A stretch of DNA of 64,000 nt from Batkoa obscura (Eukaryota): assembly GCA_030770535.1 (NCBI GenBank), contig JASVEC010000013.1, positions 248,001 to 312,000 of the forward strand. Direction: 5' to 3'. Under the pieces are notes generated by a model, which did not search any database, had not been told where the DNA came from, and saw only the letters and a program-made list of their open reading frames with translations. The position numbers and the translations under genes are program-made. This document shows positions 13,134 to 24,920 of this stretch, piece by piece (position 1 is the stretch's first letter; every line of letters begins with the position of its first letter).

Positions 13134-13457
13134 ATGTACGTGTATAGAAGTAGAATTCAACTAAACCCAAAGCAAAACTACGTGTTGAGCTCCTATTATT
13201 TAATTGACCCAAGGCCATGTCGGGAACTAGTGGACCAAATAGCTTTGGATGCCGGCTTGCCAGTCAAGACGGTGCGTACCTGGTTCACAAATAAACGTGG
13301 TAGAACTAAGAAGTCTCTACAAGGTAAAGGTAGTCAAACATCAAGTGGTAGCACAACCCCTTGTGACCTTAAAGAACCGTACACTCAGCCTGATGTAAGT
13401 AAAGTGGGAAAGCATCGCTCAAGTAACATGCTTAGTCTTCATAACATCTTAAATTAA
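13134..13457 (+). CDS. Small homeodomain protein, 107 aa
   Basis: First ATG at 13134. RIQLNPKQNYVLSSYYLIDPRPCRELVDQIALDAGLPVKTVRTWFTNKRGR has a canonical WFxNxR. Confidence 0.85.
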   Translation: MYVYRSRIQLNPKQNYVLSSYYLIDPRPCRELVDQIALDAGLPVKTVRTWFTNKRGRTKKSLQGKGSQTSSGSTTPCDLKEPYTQPDVSKVGKHRSSNMLSLHNILN

Positions 13458-15527
13458 GGGGTTGCTATCAGCCATCTTGGCTAAAAATTATTATTATTGT
13501 CTAATCTCCTCCCAGTTTAAATTATTTGTGTTATTATAATAAATATATATATATTCAGTTATGTGTTTTGGCTAAATTTCATTTTTATAATTGACATACT
13601 ATTTTAGAATATACTTAAGCTAGAATAGAACGGGGTACCTTTATGTAATATTCATTCTTAACTTTACATGCAAATTTTAAAGAAAATTTAGTATCCTAAA
13701 CGAAAATACTAAATACTGAATTTTGGTTTCATTTCTAAAATAATTGAATTTTAATATAGAACTGTATAAAGTATAAATAGTTTCTTTAAGCTAAGGGTTA
13801 CTAATTGATTTTAAATTGAATGTGATAGCTTATACCAATATTAAAAATAACCGTATATTCGAATATATATCTACCTATTAATTAAATAATATTTATAGAA
13901 GAAACATTCTATATCATCATAAAAACTAGAATCTTCTAAAATATAATTTTAATATACAAAAATTTGCTACTGTACTTTATTCAAATTATTGGTTCCAATC
14001 GTAAATTGAACTTACTCAATTCCAAAATTTGATTTTGAAAGCCTCGTAAGAATTCCATTAATTTATTACATAACAGCTCATAATCACAAAAAAACAAGTT
14101 GCATTACAACACAATGAGTTCTATCAATTTTTTTAAAAATCGAGCTCGAATGTTAATTTATTAACATACCACATGCAAATGTGCGAACATTTAATAAGTT
14201 GATTTTAGTTTTTATTATTATGAATTGAACAAGAATGTTTTATTAATTGGATATGATCTAAGTAAGCTCACAATCGCAACATAAGTCTGGTCATTTGCTA
14301 CTACTTTGCGTGGTGGAAGTAGTGTGTGATATGTCTATTTTCAATACATTTTGGTATTTTTTATTTTATAATCTTTGATTTGTAACTGTTTGACTTTTAT
14401 AAATTAGGCAAATAATCGTTCATCCGTGGTAAATACCTAACTGTTATATTAAATCATCTAAAATATGATATATTACAGCCTTTCTACACTAAACTGTCAC
14501 ATATTTGCTAACCAATTCTTAAACTCAAAGTTCTCTACTCTTACCTGACTTTAAATTAATCTACCATATTGTATAGTTGATCATAGTATCAATTTGATAT
14601 GAAGTTACTACAGTAATAAAAGCATTCTGAATCCAAACGTATTATTTATCAAAAAGCTATATAAAGCACAGTCATAACACAGCTTTATATCTAACCAGCT
14701 TTCGTGAATATCCACAAACTCTCACCATAAGTACCAAAATGAGCTATTTTAGAGTATTAGCGAGCATTTAATTATTATAATTTTAGTACTTGATTTCCAT
14801 TTTCGAACTTTTTCTTTTTAAACTTGATATGAAAACATGTTTTGTGTAAAAAATTTATTATATGAATTAATTTTTATTTTCCATCTTGGCGCAATCAATG
14901 GATGGTGCTTAAATAATAGGCTGTAGTTTAAGTATTGCTGTGGCACTTGTGGTATAATGGTACTAAAATAACTTTTTATAAGGAAAAGAAAGTGAGCAGA
15001 TGGATTTATTTTAAAAACACATGTATTGAAAATATTAGTTTTAGGTTGAGACTAAAATTAGATAAAATCTTTTTATGAAATCAAGTTCAAAAATAAGAGT
15101 TCAAGAGTTCAAAAAAAATTATAAAAAAAATTCTTTTCTATTTCTTTTTTACATGTAAACTATAAATAAAATATAATAAAGTACTTATTCTATGAAAACA
15201 TCTCTATTTTGATTGGTTGTACTAGGAATGTTTTTTAATATGAATTAGTGGTATATAGAATAAACACAATGTTAGAGATTTAACTTGTTTAATTCTTATA
15301 AAAATAACCCGTTTATGGTATACTATTAGTTAGTACGCTTTAGTTAAAAATAATAAGTGTGAAATATATTATTTATTTATCAATGGTAATTTAAAACTAA
15401 GTTACTACGTTTATTTATTTATAACTATACTTTACAAATGGATCAATTGTAAAAAATCGTGCTATTTGAGTTTTTAATATTAATACTTCTCTAAAGGATG
15501 AAAGCAGTGATATATTTGAGTTTATAA

Positions 15528-16958
15528 CTAATTTTTATTTAAAAACGAATATTCATAAACACTTAACCTTGAATTTGAATATTCTTTTTCGTCATCATAA
15601 GAATTATGCCTTGAACCAGCGGTAGTAAGTAAGTAAGGTAAATTGGGATGAAACTGAGTTGTAGAAACAGTGTCATTATGAATGAAGCTATTGAATATTT
15701 CATTTTCACTTTTCTCATCATCGTCATTTTGTTTTGTAATATCAAACAATTTAACTTGGCCCTCTTGATCTCCGGTAATAAGATACTGTTGAAATAGATC
15801 AAAATAAACTCGCTGATCCGAATACAATTTCCTATAATATTCTGTAATACAATATTTAGGATACCTTAAATCAAATAAAACTATATTAGAGCTACGCCTT
15901 GATCCTATAACTATATAATGATCATCATAAAATTGAGTCTTTGTCACACCTTTTATACTTTCATGATTTAATATTACTTTAGCTTGATTTAAGTGACTCG
16001 TTTCGTTTGTATCATAAATGCCAACACTACCTCCGAAGCTTCCTGCTGCATAATAATTAAAATTTGGGCTAAAACTTATACTACTTATAATTCCTTTTTG
16101 TCCATTTTTACTTTTTTTTGTTCCTATTGTTTTTTGTTTAACACCTTGCTTTTCAGGTCGAGTTATATCTATTATTTCTATTTGATTAAAATAGCCACAA
16201 TATAGCCTAAGCAATGGTTAATTAAAGTAGAAATAGTAAATAGGAAAGATCAATACTTTGTACCGCTACTATCAAACGTCATACAGTTTGGGCCGATATA
16301 CCTTTCTCTATGATCTATTATTGAATAAGAAGCTCTAGTCTATTATTTAAATATATAGATTGTACTTTTTAAATTAATTTTATACCTTTCCAGTTATTCC
16401 ATCTATTAAGTGAATTGGATTATCTGTACTTCCAACCAAAAAACAATTTGTTATCTCATCTAATCATATTTAACCAAATATATAAAGAAAGGATAGTATG
16501 TTACCTTGTATATTCATATAAGGATACCAAACCATAGAACAAGTTGGGACTGGTCTTGAAATTGAATAGCTTGGTTTTAATTCTACTGTTATTTAAAAAC
16601 TAATTGGATTTAAATCTTATCATTAAATTTGATTTACTATTATCTTCCTGCTCATTAGTTAAATTCGAACTAAATAAGTTAATTTATTTATTTGCTATAA
16701 TATTTATTTATTAATTTTAGTTACCTGTTAAGTACAGTTATATTTCTATCACTTTTATCACTTAGTATTCTTGAGCCATCCGGGGACCTTTATGCTTTTA
16801 GTAAGTCAAGTTCTAAATCTTCCATTTTGTTTTACCATATTGCATGTTTAAAAAAATGACCTTAGATTATTTATTATTTATTACACTGAATGTTAACAAA
16901 TATTGGATTTACTTGAAGCGTCTATTTCTATATGTGATTTATCTTTTAAACTGAACAT
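15528..16958 (-). CDS. WRAP53: Telomerase Cajal body protein 1 (TCAB1/WRAP53/Swt21-like) WD40 protein, multi-exon
   Basis: Spliced exons give FFKHAIW|SPDG, VWYPYMNIQ, NPIHLIDGITGK|TRASYSIIDHRE, LYCGYFNQIEIIDI, GQKGIISSISF, SDQRVYFD and FHPNLPYLLTTAGSR, all typical TCAB1 blocks. Confidence 0.85.
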
Positions 16959-17125
16959 TGATAAATTAAAAAAGTAATTCAATTTTTACTTTACTAAATT
17001 ATTGTATTAGAAAATGGATTAAATAAAAAGAATTTATTTAAATAAGGTAAATATAATGACTAAGATATATACAACAGGGAAGAAAAGAATAATAAATAGA
17101 TAATGATTTAAAGTTTATAAATTAA

Positions 17126-18028
17126 TTATTCTAAGATGGGGGAATTAGGGGTAGTAGTATTATGTTCACTTGAGTTATTTGAGCTGCTTTTAGATACCGA
17201 TTCTTCAATATTTTCCAAATTCCAAACATTATCATCAAACGGAATGGATCGAATTAATTTTATTTCCTTTTTATCTTTACTAATTAACAGAGTCTCATTA
17301 TTATTATTGTCTAGATTGTTTTGATTATTATTCACACCATTGCTGTTACGGTCATTATATTTAACATTGTTCCGATTGTAGAAGCTCTTTACTAATAGGG
17401 TTAAAAAGGTATTATCATTTTCCGGATGCATAAATTGAAATAAAAACAAAGATAATAATTTAACATGATCATAAAAGGGCCATAATCTTAATAAAACTCG
17501 ATCCATAGGTTTTATTAACTTTAAAGTACCATAATAACACCAATATTTTAGCCAAAACTTCTGGTTCATATTATTCTTACTAGTCTGTTCTTTATTAATT
17601 ATTGAATAAAAAGAAGACAATATTGGATAAACAAATTGAACAAATAACCAAAAATATTTCTTGTTGACTTTATAAAACCTTTTTAATAGATATACCTTGG
17701 TTAACACTCCAATTATGTCCAAATAAAATGGCGAAAAATACAAATAATTATAATAGCTGTAATTATTTCTTGTTATTCTATTGTATTCTTGTTTTAACTG
17801 GTCCTGTTGTTGATAAATCCTATCCATTAAACTTCGGATTTCTTTTGGGACTTGGTGTTTGATCCATTCTATTAAACTTAAAAAAAACCCTAATCCTGTT
17901 TTTTCCCGCTTATTTTCCGTTACTCCATGACTATTTACATCTTCTATACTATCACTTTCATCTATATTATTATTATTGTTATTATTGTTTAGCGCTAGCT
18001 GTAATTCGGATTCATTAACCAACTCCAT
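17126..18028 (-). CDS. TB2/DP1/HVA22 (REEP/Yop1-like) domain membrane protein
   Basis: VYPILSSFYSI...FWLKYWCYYG...LWPFYDHVKLL matches the HVA22 pattern. First ATG at 18028; start is uncertain. Confidence 0.65.
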   Translation of the reverse strand: MELVNESELQLALNNNNNNNNIDESDSIEDVNSHGVTENKREKTGLGFFLSLIEWIKHQVPKEIRSLMDRIYQQQDQLKQEYNRITRNNYSYYNYLYFSPFYLDIIGVLTKVYLLKRFYKVNKKYFWLFVQFVYPILSSFYSIINKEQTSKNNMNQKFWLKYWCYYGTLKLIKPMDRVLLRLWPFYDHVKLLSLFLFQFMHPENDNTFLTLLVKSFYNRNNVKYNDRNSNGVNNNQNNLDNNNNETLLISKDKKEIKLIRSIPFDDNVWNLENIEESVSKSSSNNSSEHNTTTPNSPILE

Positions 18029-18945
18029 TTGATTTAAAAATTTATAAAAGAACAAATTACTGACATCCACTGTTTATTTTTTAAGGATTACAAAATGAAA
18101 CACTAACTTGCTTTATTATTCAAGTAAGAAAACCAGCTTCTAGTCAAGTCATGAAAACACTGTTTATTTTTTGGATTTCTTTTTTATTATTGGTTTTTGG
18201 TATGCAAGTTTCACATGTTAGGGCTCTTTTTTTCAAAATGTTGCTGAATTTTAGTTCATCCAATCATCCTTTTCTCCCGATTGTTTAAGTGGTTTTATTG
18301 GCCACTGTAGTAGCCACGTATTTTAAATAGGAATTTTAGTTCTATTTTTCATTTATAGGATAAGAAACGTTGCTTATATAAATACCTAGCATTTACATGC
18401 TTATTATAATACTTATCAGTAATAGCTTGTAGGCAAATCAAATCAAACATTAGTAAAAGTGAGCCATTATCTATCAGATATAAAATATTTCCAAAATCAA
18501 TATAAGAGCTTCTATATAAATATAAAAATTATAACTTATTCATCATATTGATCAAATTATGGATCAAAATTACTTGTGATAAAATAAGACAATCTTCTGT
18601 TGGTCACAGTCAAGAAGAATAAGGACCCTTTTTCTCTACCAATTTTTGCAGTTTTTTTTATAGATAAAAAGGGTATCATTCAAAAAAAATATTATCTAAG
18701 CTTTTCAAGCTTAGAAATTAAAATCATGCCAGAAATTTATTACTTTTTTAATTTATATATTAAAACGGAATTAACAATAAATAAAGCTATCAATGTTGAA
18801 AGGCAATATACAAGCCAAATATTTATAATTGAGTGATCTTGGGAGGATTTAAAAACTAATATTTCCAGTGGTTTATCTGATAAGTTTATCGAAGAGTATG
18901 TAAAAAAATATTTTTGATTTTATATTTGAATTAAAATTTAATCAT

Positions 18946-19051
18946 ACAGGGATGTATTTTTTGTTTAAGAATTACTACCAATCTTTCCACTCAAATAGCA
19001 AATACCGCTTAAAAAATGAAAAAGTGATGAAGTCAAAAAAAACAACCCTAT
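18946..19051 (+). mobile_element. MITE family A copy
   Basis: Consensus match with a small internal CAAATA duplication. Confidence 0.8.
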
Positions 19052-19432
19052 ATTAATAAAATCTTGACATAAAATTAAAACTTAGATTAAAAATTGATTC
19101 CTTTTCAAACGGGATGAAAATAGGCAAAAAGGCCCGTATTCTTCTTGACTGTGACTCTTCCATTTAAATTAGTATAAATGATTAGCATGTAATACCTTAT
19201 ATAATTACTTCTTTTTTATTTTCTATTTAGACTGTTATATATAAAATTATTTCAGATATACTAAAGTAAAACGGTTGTTTTAAAAATTCAATGTTCTCAA
19301 TAAAATTAAAAGAAAATAAATATTTATTTTGTCACTGTACTGTTTTCCTCACCATGTATCTAGAATTATTAATATACATTTATTTTATTCCTTTTTAACT
19401 TACTATTTTCGAAGATAAAAATTAAGTACATA

Positions 19433-20803
19433 TTAATCCAAGCAGCTCTGTAAATTCAAAGCTAAAGTAAGTTTTTTACAGTAGCTTAACTTTAGCTTAG
19501 GGATCGGATCTGTTGTTAAATAAAATAAATCTGAACAATGATCCAAGATATCTTCCATAATAAACGTATATGCTCCAGTATAATTTTCCATATAAAATGT
19601 ACTTAGGTTTAAACTTAGTTTATTTAGTTTTGTTCGACTCTTATGATAGAATAAATTATTGAGATTAAACTGACATGAAGCCATTGTCAGACAAGTTAAA
19701 TCGGAGCGTTTGGTTAGTAAATAGTGTACAAAATAGCCTCCTAAATTTAAGCCATTTAATCGTAATTTTATTAAATTGACTTTACTTCTTTCAAATACTT
19801 CCTCAATTATTAAAATATACTCCATTCTATAACTGTAAGTGATTTCTAAATCAATTGATTCTTTCAATCGAAAAATGGAAGTTGCTATTTTACTAGTCAT
19901 ATTATCACACTTATATACGACTAAAATCCCAAGCTTTGGTGCTATTTTTTTTCCAAAGTATCAATAAATTCAAATTAATCAAAAATAGTTTCATAGAAGT
20001 AAGGTTAGAAGTATCTCGAAAGGATAGGTTAAAAACGTAGTTCAAAAATAGATTAGTTAAACTAGGAAATGGATAAAATTAATTACAAGCTCATAATCTA
20101 GAGTGTAAGAATTTAAGTATAAAATTCCTAACGATTTAAACGTATGACTTTGAAATAGAACCCAATTATGTTTATTTAACTTTGTAAATAATCTCAAATC
20201 TTGTAAGTTTGTACAGTTAGTTAGTATTAGTTCTATGGATTGAAACTCAAAATATCTACTGTATAGATGTATGTTCTTGATCTCTCTTGGTATATTCGGG
20301 GATATAAAATCTACGAAATAATTATCAACTTTATCCGTGTTTAATGAGGTCACATTATTGAGTAGTTGCTTCAGTTGTATATTACATAATAAGTTTTCAT
20401 TTCCTCTTTAATTTAAAATATGTTCCATATCGCTATCATAGTCTAATTCTATTAGACTTAAATTTTTATATTTCTCTAAATTCAAAAAATAATGCTTTGA
20501 AGTTATAAGCATAGCGGTAGCATTTTTACAATGTTTTGGCTTATACTTGATACACGTTCCATCCCTTATCCATAACATTTTGGTATATTTACCATACTTT
20601 CTGAATGGTTTTCTCATTAGTTTAAGTTCGTTTCCTCCATAGGATGGATCTAAATCTTCCCGGATCACTGGTATAGATGCTTTATTCCACCCCTTAGAAA
20701 CAAGTAAAAGTTTTAAAGCATCTCTGATTTGTAATAATTCCGTTATCTGCTTTAATAGAACATTTGGTAGATTTTTTAATTGGAATCTAAATTATTGCAT
20801 CAT
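19433..20803 (-). pseudogene. F-box + LRR pseudogene; close paralog of 63213..64000
   Basis: MMQ*FRFQLKNLPNVLLKQITELLQIRDALKLLLVSKGWNK... aligns with the 63213 protein. Stops and frameshifts split it into ORFs 20408, 20057 and 19433. Confidence 0.85.
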
Positions 20804-21533
20804 AGTTTAAAAAAGAGTAAAAAGAAGTTTAAAAGCGGACTTTTTACATTATTATGTTTATTGGCATTTATGATTTATTTTTTGATTCACTAATAAAAAT
20901 CCATAATTTGATATGAGAACATCAAATAACTTTGTGCAATTTATAATATTGCTAGTTTATAAAATCGAGTATTTTGTTATTGTTATTTCATAACGTTTTA
21001 ACTTTTTTTAAATATTTAATTCTATTCAAAAAATTTAATTAGTGTAATCAATATAGCTGTATATGTGAGTTTATTAAAACTTACTTTTTAAAAGTAAAGT
21101 CTTAAATGCAAACCAATGATTTTTATTTGAAAATATTTACTTCGATAACAAACCCTACTATAATAAAGGCTAAACATTTATGAAGATTTTGTATTGCCTA
21201 CATGTATGTAGCGTTATTTTAACTACTTTACAAAGTAGAAAAAATAATAATACATACTTTGAATTGCCTATTTAAATTCAAGGCTATAAAAAGAAAGTAT
21301 AGCGCTTTATTAGTAAGTTAAAATATAAAATAGCAGTTAAAAGATATATCAAATAGATAATATACTTTGACATTAAATTTAAAATAATAAATTATTTTTA
21401 TAAATAGCTTTGTATAAATTATGAATTTTAAAAATTAGATAATTTAAGAAAGTGTAAAAAATAGCAAAATTTTATTACCAATTTTGTATTACTAACTTAA
21501 TTATCCCTTTTAATAATTGTTACATAAACCAAT

Positions 21534-21636
21534 ATGGGGATGTATTTTTGCGTTTAAGAATTTTACTAACAATTTTTCCGTTCAAATAGCGCTTAAAAGA
21601 TGGAAAAAATGATGAAGCCAAAAAAAACACCCCCAT
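21534..21636 (+). mobile_element. MITE family A copy (well preserved)
   Basis: TA-TGGGGATGT...ACACCCCCA-TA. Confidence 0.9.
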
Positions 21637-22322
21637 ATAACAATTAATAAACTATAATCTCTTGACTATTTGTGATAATTTTTCACAAAATGATTAGGAA
21701 GCTTAATAATCTAAGAAAATTAAAATAATGTTGCAATTATATAATAACTTGAGAGCTTATGGGAAAAGATATTAAACTATTTAAAAAGTACTTTATACAT
21801 ATAGCTGAAAATATTCAGACTTGATAATAGGGACTAAATGTGTAGACAATACCAGTATATCAATTTCTGCTTAAGATTTCTAAACTTTACTTGTACTAGG
21901 GTATTTCCACTTAGTAAATTTTCAAAATACGTCATACCTTTTGGTTATTGCTTATTTTTAAAAACAATATCGTTCACTTGTTAGTTTAATATCAATAATT
22001 TGTATTTAAATTAACTAAGAAAAGGGAAAATATCTATTCAGGTCTCTATAAAAATTAATTCTAAATCGATGATGGTTGAACTTTGATAATTAAAAAATAT
22101 ATAAAAAACGAAAATTCATATTATATGAGTTACAATGTATTATGTAAAAGTTTAAGTTACTAATTTGTCGCTTACATAATAATAAAACGTAGTACTATTT
22201 TTTGAGCTCAGTTTCAAAATTATTAAGCTATTTTATGAAATTTGAAATATTAAAAATTCATCGTATCTATTATCTATATTCATATATAAATATAAAGAGA
22301 ATGAATAGAACAAAAAGTAAGT

Positions 22323-23003
22323 ATGAATTTTAATAAATTAAACTGTACCCAAGAAGATTTCTTACTCAATTTTTCACAGTTTCATAGAAAAAATAATCAA
22401 TATCAGTTATCTATTTTATCGGATATCAAAAATCAACAAAATTTAAATATGTTTCCAAATATTAATTTGACTTCTAACAACAGTATTGTTGTAGAACATA
22501 ATGATAGTATGTTGGAACATAATAATAATATAACATATAATAATGTGCTTATGGATAATGATTTAAAAAAAAGGGACCTCAATTACTCCGATACTCATCC
22601 CCAATCTCAACTTATAACGAACAATCATAACTATAACTCTATTAGCGGATTAACATTACTATACACATTTGATACGTTGGATTTATTGTTTATAAAATTA
22701 TTTAGTTCCATGAATAATGGGTTGATATTGAATTATTTTAATGAAAGTGAAGTGGAATATTTTAAACAAAATAAGTACCAACCAATATACAATTTTATAT
22801 TATTAAAGTTACTATACACTTCATTAAATTTGTATTTAAAACCAGAACATGTCACTAAATCTATTATTTATTTAAATCATATTGTATTTTTTTTAGAATA
22901 TTATCAAAGATGTTTGTATAAATATAAATTAGATTTTATTCAAGAAAGTTATTTAAATCGTGTTTTATTAATTCCATTTGTTCCTTGTGCTTACTCTGAA
23001 TAA
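22323..23003 (+). CDS. Hypothetical protein, 226 aa; paralog of 4585..5250
   Basis: Intact ORF with TATATAAA at ~22283. Asn-rich N-half and a helical C-half shared with the 4585 protein. Confidence 0.7.
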   Translation: MNFNKLNCTQEDFLLNFSQFHRKNNQYQLSILSDIKNQQNLNMFPNINLTSNNSIVVEHNDSMLEHNNNITYNNVLMDNDLKKRDLNYSDTHPQSQLITNNHNYNSISGLTLLYTFDTLDLLFIKLFSSMNNGLILNYFNESEVEYFKQNKYQPIYNFILLKLLYTSLNLYLKPEHVTKSIIYLNHIVFFLEYYQRCLYKYKLDFIQESYLNRVLLIPFVPCAYSE

Positions 23004-23195
23004 TATTTTTATACAATAATCCAAAATAAAAGTTTTCATTACAAGTATGAATCTAGTATAGTAATATATTATGAATAGTTTAAACATAAAAATTGCAACC
23101 AATTTGAATGATTTTATTTTTAATGTAAATAAATAAAGAGAGTAACGTTGATTCAAAGGATTAATAATAACTACAAATTTTGTATTATTATTAAC

Positions 23196-24326
23196 TTATA
23201 ATAATCCACCTAATAATCCACCGCTTTGTCTTTGACCTTGTTTTTGGCTCCCAGTACCAAGGAGATTGCCAACGAAACCTCCAACTAAACTATTAGGTCC
23301 TAATAAACCATTTAAAAGACCTCCACTTGATTGAGTTTGGGATTGGGATTGTCCAGAGCTTCCAGTAGAACCATAATTATAATTATAAGGATAATTTCCA
23401 TAATTACCGTATGGATAGCTTCCATAATTATATCCGTAATTTCCATAATAATTCGATGGATAATTTCCATAATTATATGAGTATCCGTTCGATGGATTAG
23501 TTCCAAATTGAAATCCCCCATTGCTATTACCACCACCTCCACTTTGAGATCCACTACCAAATTGGAATCCTCCATTGGTTGGGCTACTTCCAGTTTGGGA
23601 TCCAGTATTAATTGAACCACTTACGCCTTGTGAACCACTTCCAAATTGAAATCCAACGCTACTAGAACCAGTCCCACTTTGTGATCCAGGATTAGATGAG
23701 CTACTTCCAAATTGGAACCCTCCATTGGCTGGATTTCCTCCAAATTGAAAACCTACGCTACCAGGGTTGCTTCCATTTTGCGATCCAGGATTAGATGAGC
23801 CACTTGCATTTTGTGTACCGGTGTTTGGAGAGCCGTTTCCGCTTTGTGTACCGGTGTTTGGAGAGCCGTTTCCGCTTTGTGCACCAGTGTTTGGAGAGCC
23901 GTTTCCGCTTTGTGCACCAGTGTTTGGAGAACCACTTCCAAATTGGAAACCATTATTACCTGGATTTCCTGTAAATTGAAAACTTCCGTTCGTTGGATCA
24001 GCTCCAAATTGAAAACCTATACCACCAGATCCACTTCCAGCTTGTGTACCAGGATTTTGAGAACCGCTTCCAAATTGGAAGCCTCCGCTAGTTGGATTAG
24101 CACCAAATTGAAAACCAGCATTAGTAGGATTACTTCCGCTTTGTGCGCCAGAGTTTGAGGAGCTACTTGCACCCTGTGATCCAGGATTAGACGATCCAGC
24201 TCCAAATTGAAAACCAGTATTAGGATAACCAAAGCCCTTTTTATCTACTGATGAATCGGTTTGAGTATCACTAAGTGGAATAGCTAATGCAGAAGTTACT
24301 AAAGTTATATAGAGAGGAAAGATCAT
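23196..24326 (-). CDS. Secreted Gly/Ser-rich GFQFG-repeat prepro-protein (array member 1)
   Basis: Signal peptide ...ALAIP, pro-motif VDKKGF, 10 GFQFG repeats, a YGNY block, and a C-terminal GLLNGLLGPNSLVGG...GGLLGGLL. Confidence 0.85.
   Translation of the reverse strand: MIFPLYITLVTSALAIPLSDTQTDSSVDKKGFGYPNTGFQFGAGSSNPGSQGASSSSNSGAQSGSNPTNAGFQFGANPTSGGFQFGSGSQNPGTQAGSGSGGIGFQFGADPTNGSFQFTGNPGNNGFQFGSGSPNTGAQSGNGSPNTGAQSGNGSPNTGTQSGNGSPNTGTQNASGSSNPGSQNGSNPGSVGFQFGGNPANGGFQFGSSSSNPGSQSGTGSSSVGFQFGSGSQGVSGSINTGSQTGSSPTNGGFQFGSGSQSGGGGNSNGGFQFGTNPSNGYSYNYGNYPSNYYGNYGYNYGSYPYGNYGNYPYNYNYGSTGSSGQSQSQTQSSGGLLNGLLGPNSLVGGFVGNLLGTGSQKQGQRQSGGLLGGLL
23809..23931 (-). repeat. Coding 30-bp tandem repeat, ~4 units (SPNTG[A/T]QSGNG)
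   Basis: Near-identical units TTTGTG(T/C)ACC(G/A)GTGTTTGGAGAGCCGTTTCCGC on the + strand. Confidence 0.9.
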
Positions 24327-24818
24327 AATTGATATTTATTTATTCTTTTTTGATGCTATTATAAGTACAATTTTAAGTTGTTTTTATATTGTATTTTTAT
24401 CGATATCGTTTATTTAAAGGCGTCCGATTTCTACACTGAGTGTAGTTTTTTTTAAAGCCTCGAATCAATGAAATTTTGGATTAAAAAAAGGCATAATTTT
24501 TTAATGGGCTTATTCTAACAATTAAAATAACCTGGTAAAAAGATTTTGACTATTTACTATTACAACTATTTAGGTTTAAATGTGTGTTAAGTAATGATAA
24601 TTTTTATAACCAATAATTCGTATCATTGCGTTTTATGAGTTTTAGAGCATGATTTTTATTATTAAATGAACAATTAAGTAGCACAAATTTGATTTAAACG
24701 GTTGTACATCATTCACTTGAATTTCATGCATTGAATCAACTTAAATAAGGTTGATTTTGCAATAAAAGCCTTAGATTAAATCAAATCAAATAATTAATAA
24801 TTTTTATTCAAGTAATAA

Positions 24819-24920
24819 ATGAGGATGAGTTTTTTGTTTAAGAACTTTACTAACAATTTTTTCCTTCAAATAGCGCTTAAAAAATGGAAAAAGTGATGAA
24901 AACAAAAATAACACCTCCAA
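24819..24920 (+). mobile_element. MITE family A copy
   Basis: Consensus match. Confidence 0.8.

Noticed and set aside
12498..13218. Short ORFs 12498, 12562 and 13024 (likewise 18600 and 37418)
   Set aside because: AT-rich F/I/L/Y-biased chance ORFs without motifs or paralogs.
9156..13457. Classical HD1/HD2 mating-type locus
   Set aside because: The two proteins are paralogs of one type, lack N-terminal dimerisation regions, and neither shows a TALE insertion. Kept only as a weaker finding.
14882..14962. tRNA-like fragments (CATCTTGGCGCA; GCACTTGTGGTATAATGGTA)
   Set aside because: No anticodon or T arms and no matching acceptor stem.
23196..24326. FG nucleoporin call
   Set aside because: It has a signal peptide and shares pro-motif and tail with the secreted array; no Nup folded domain.
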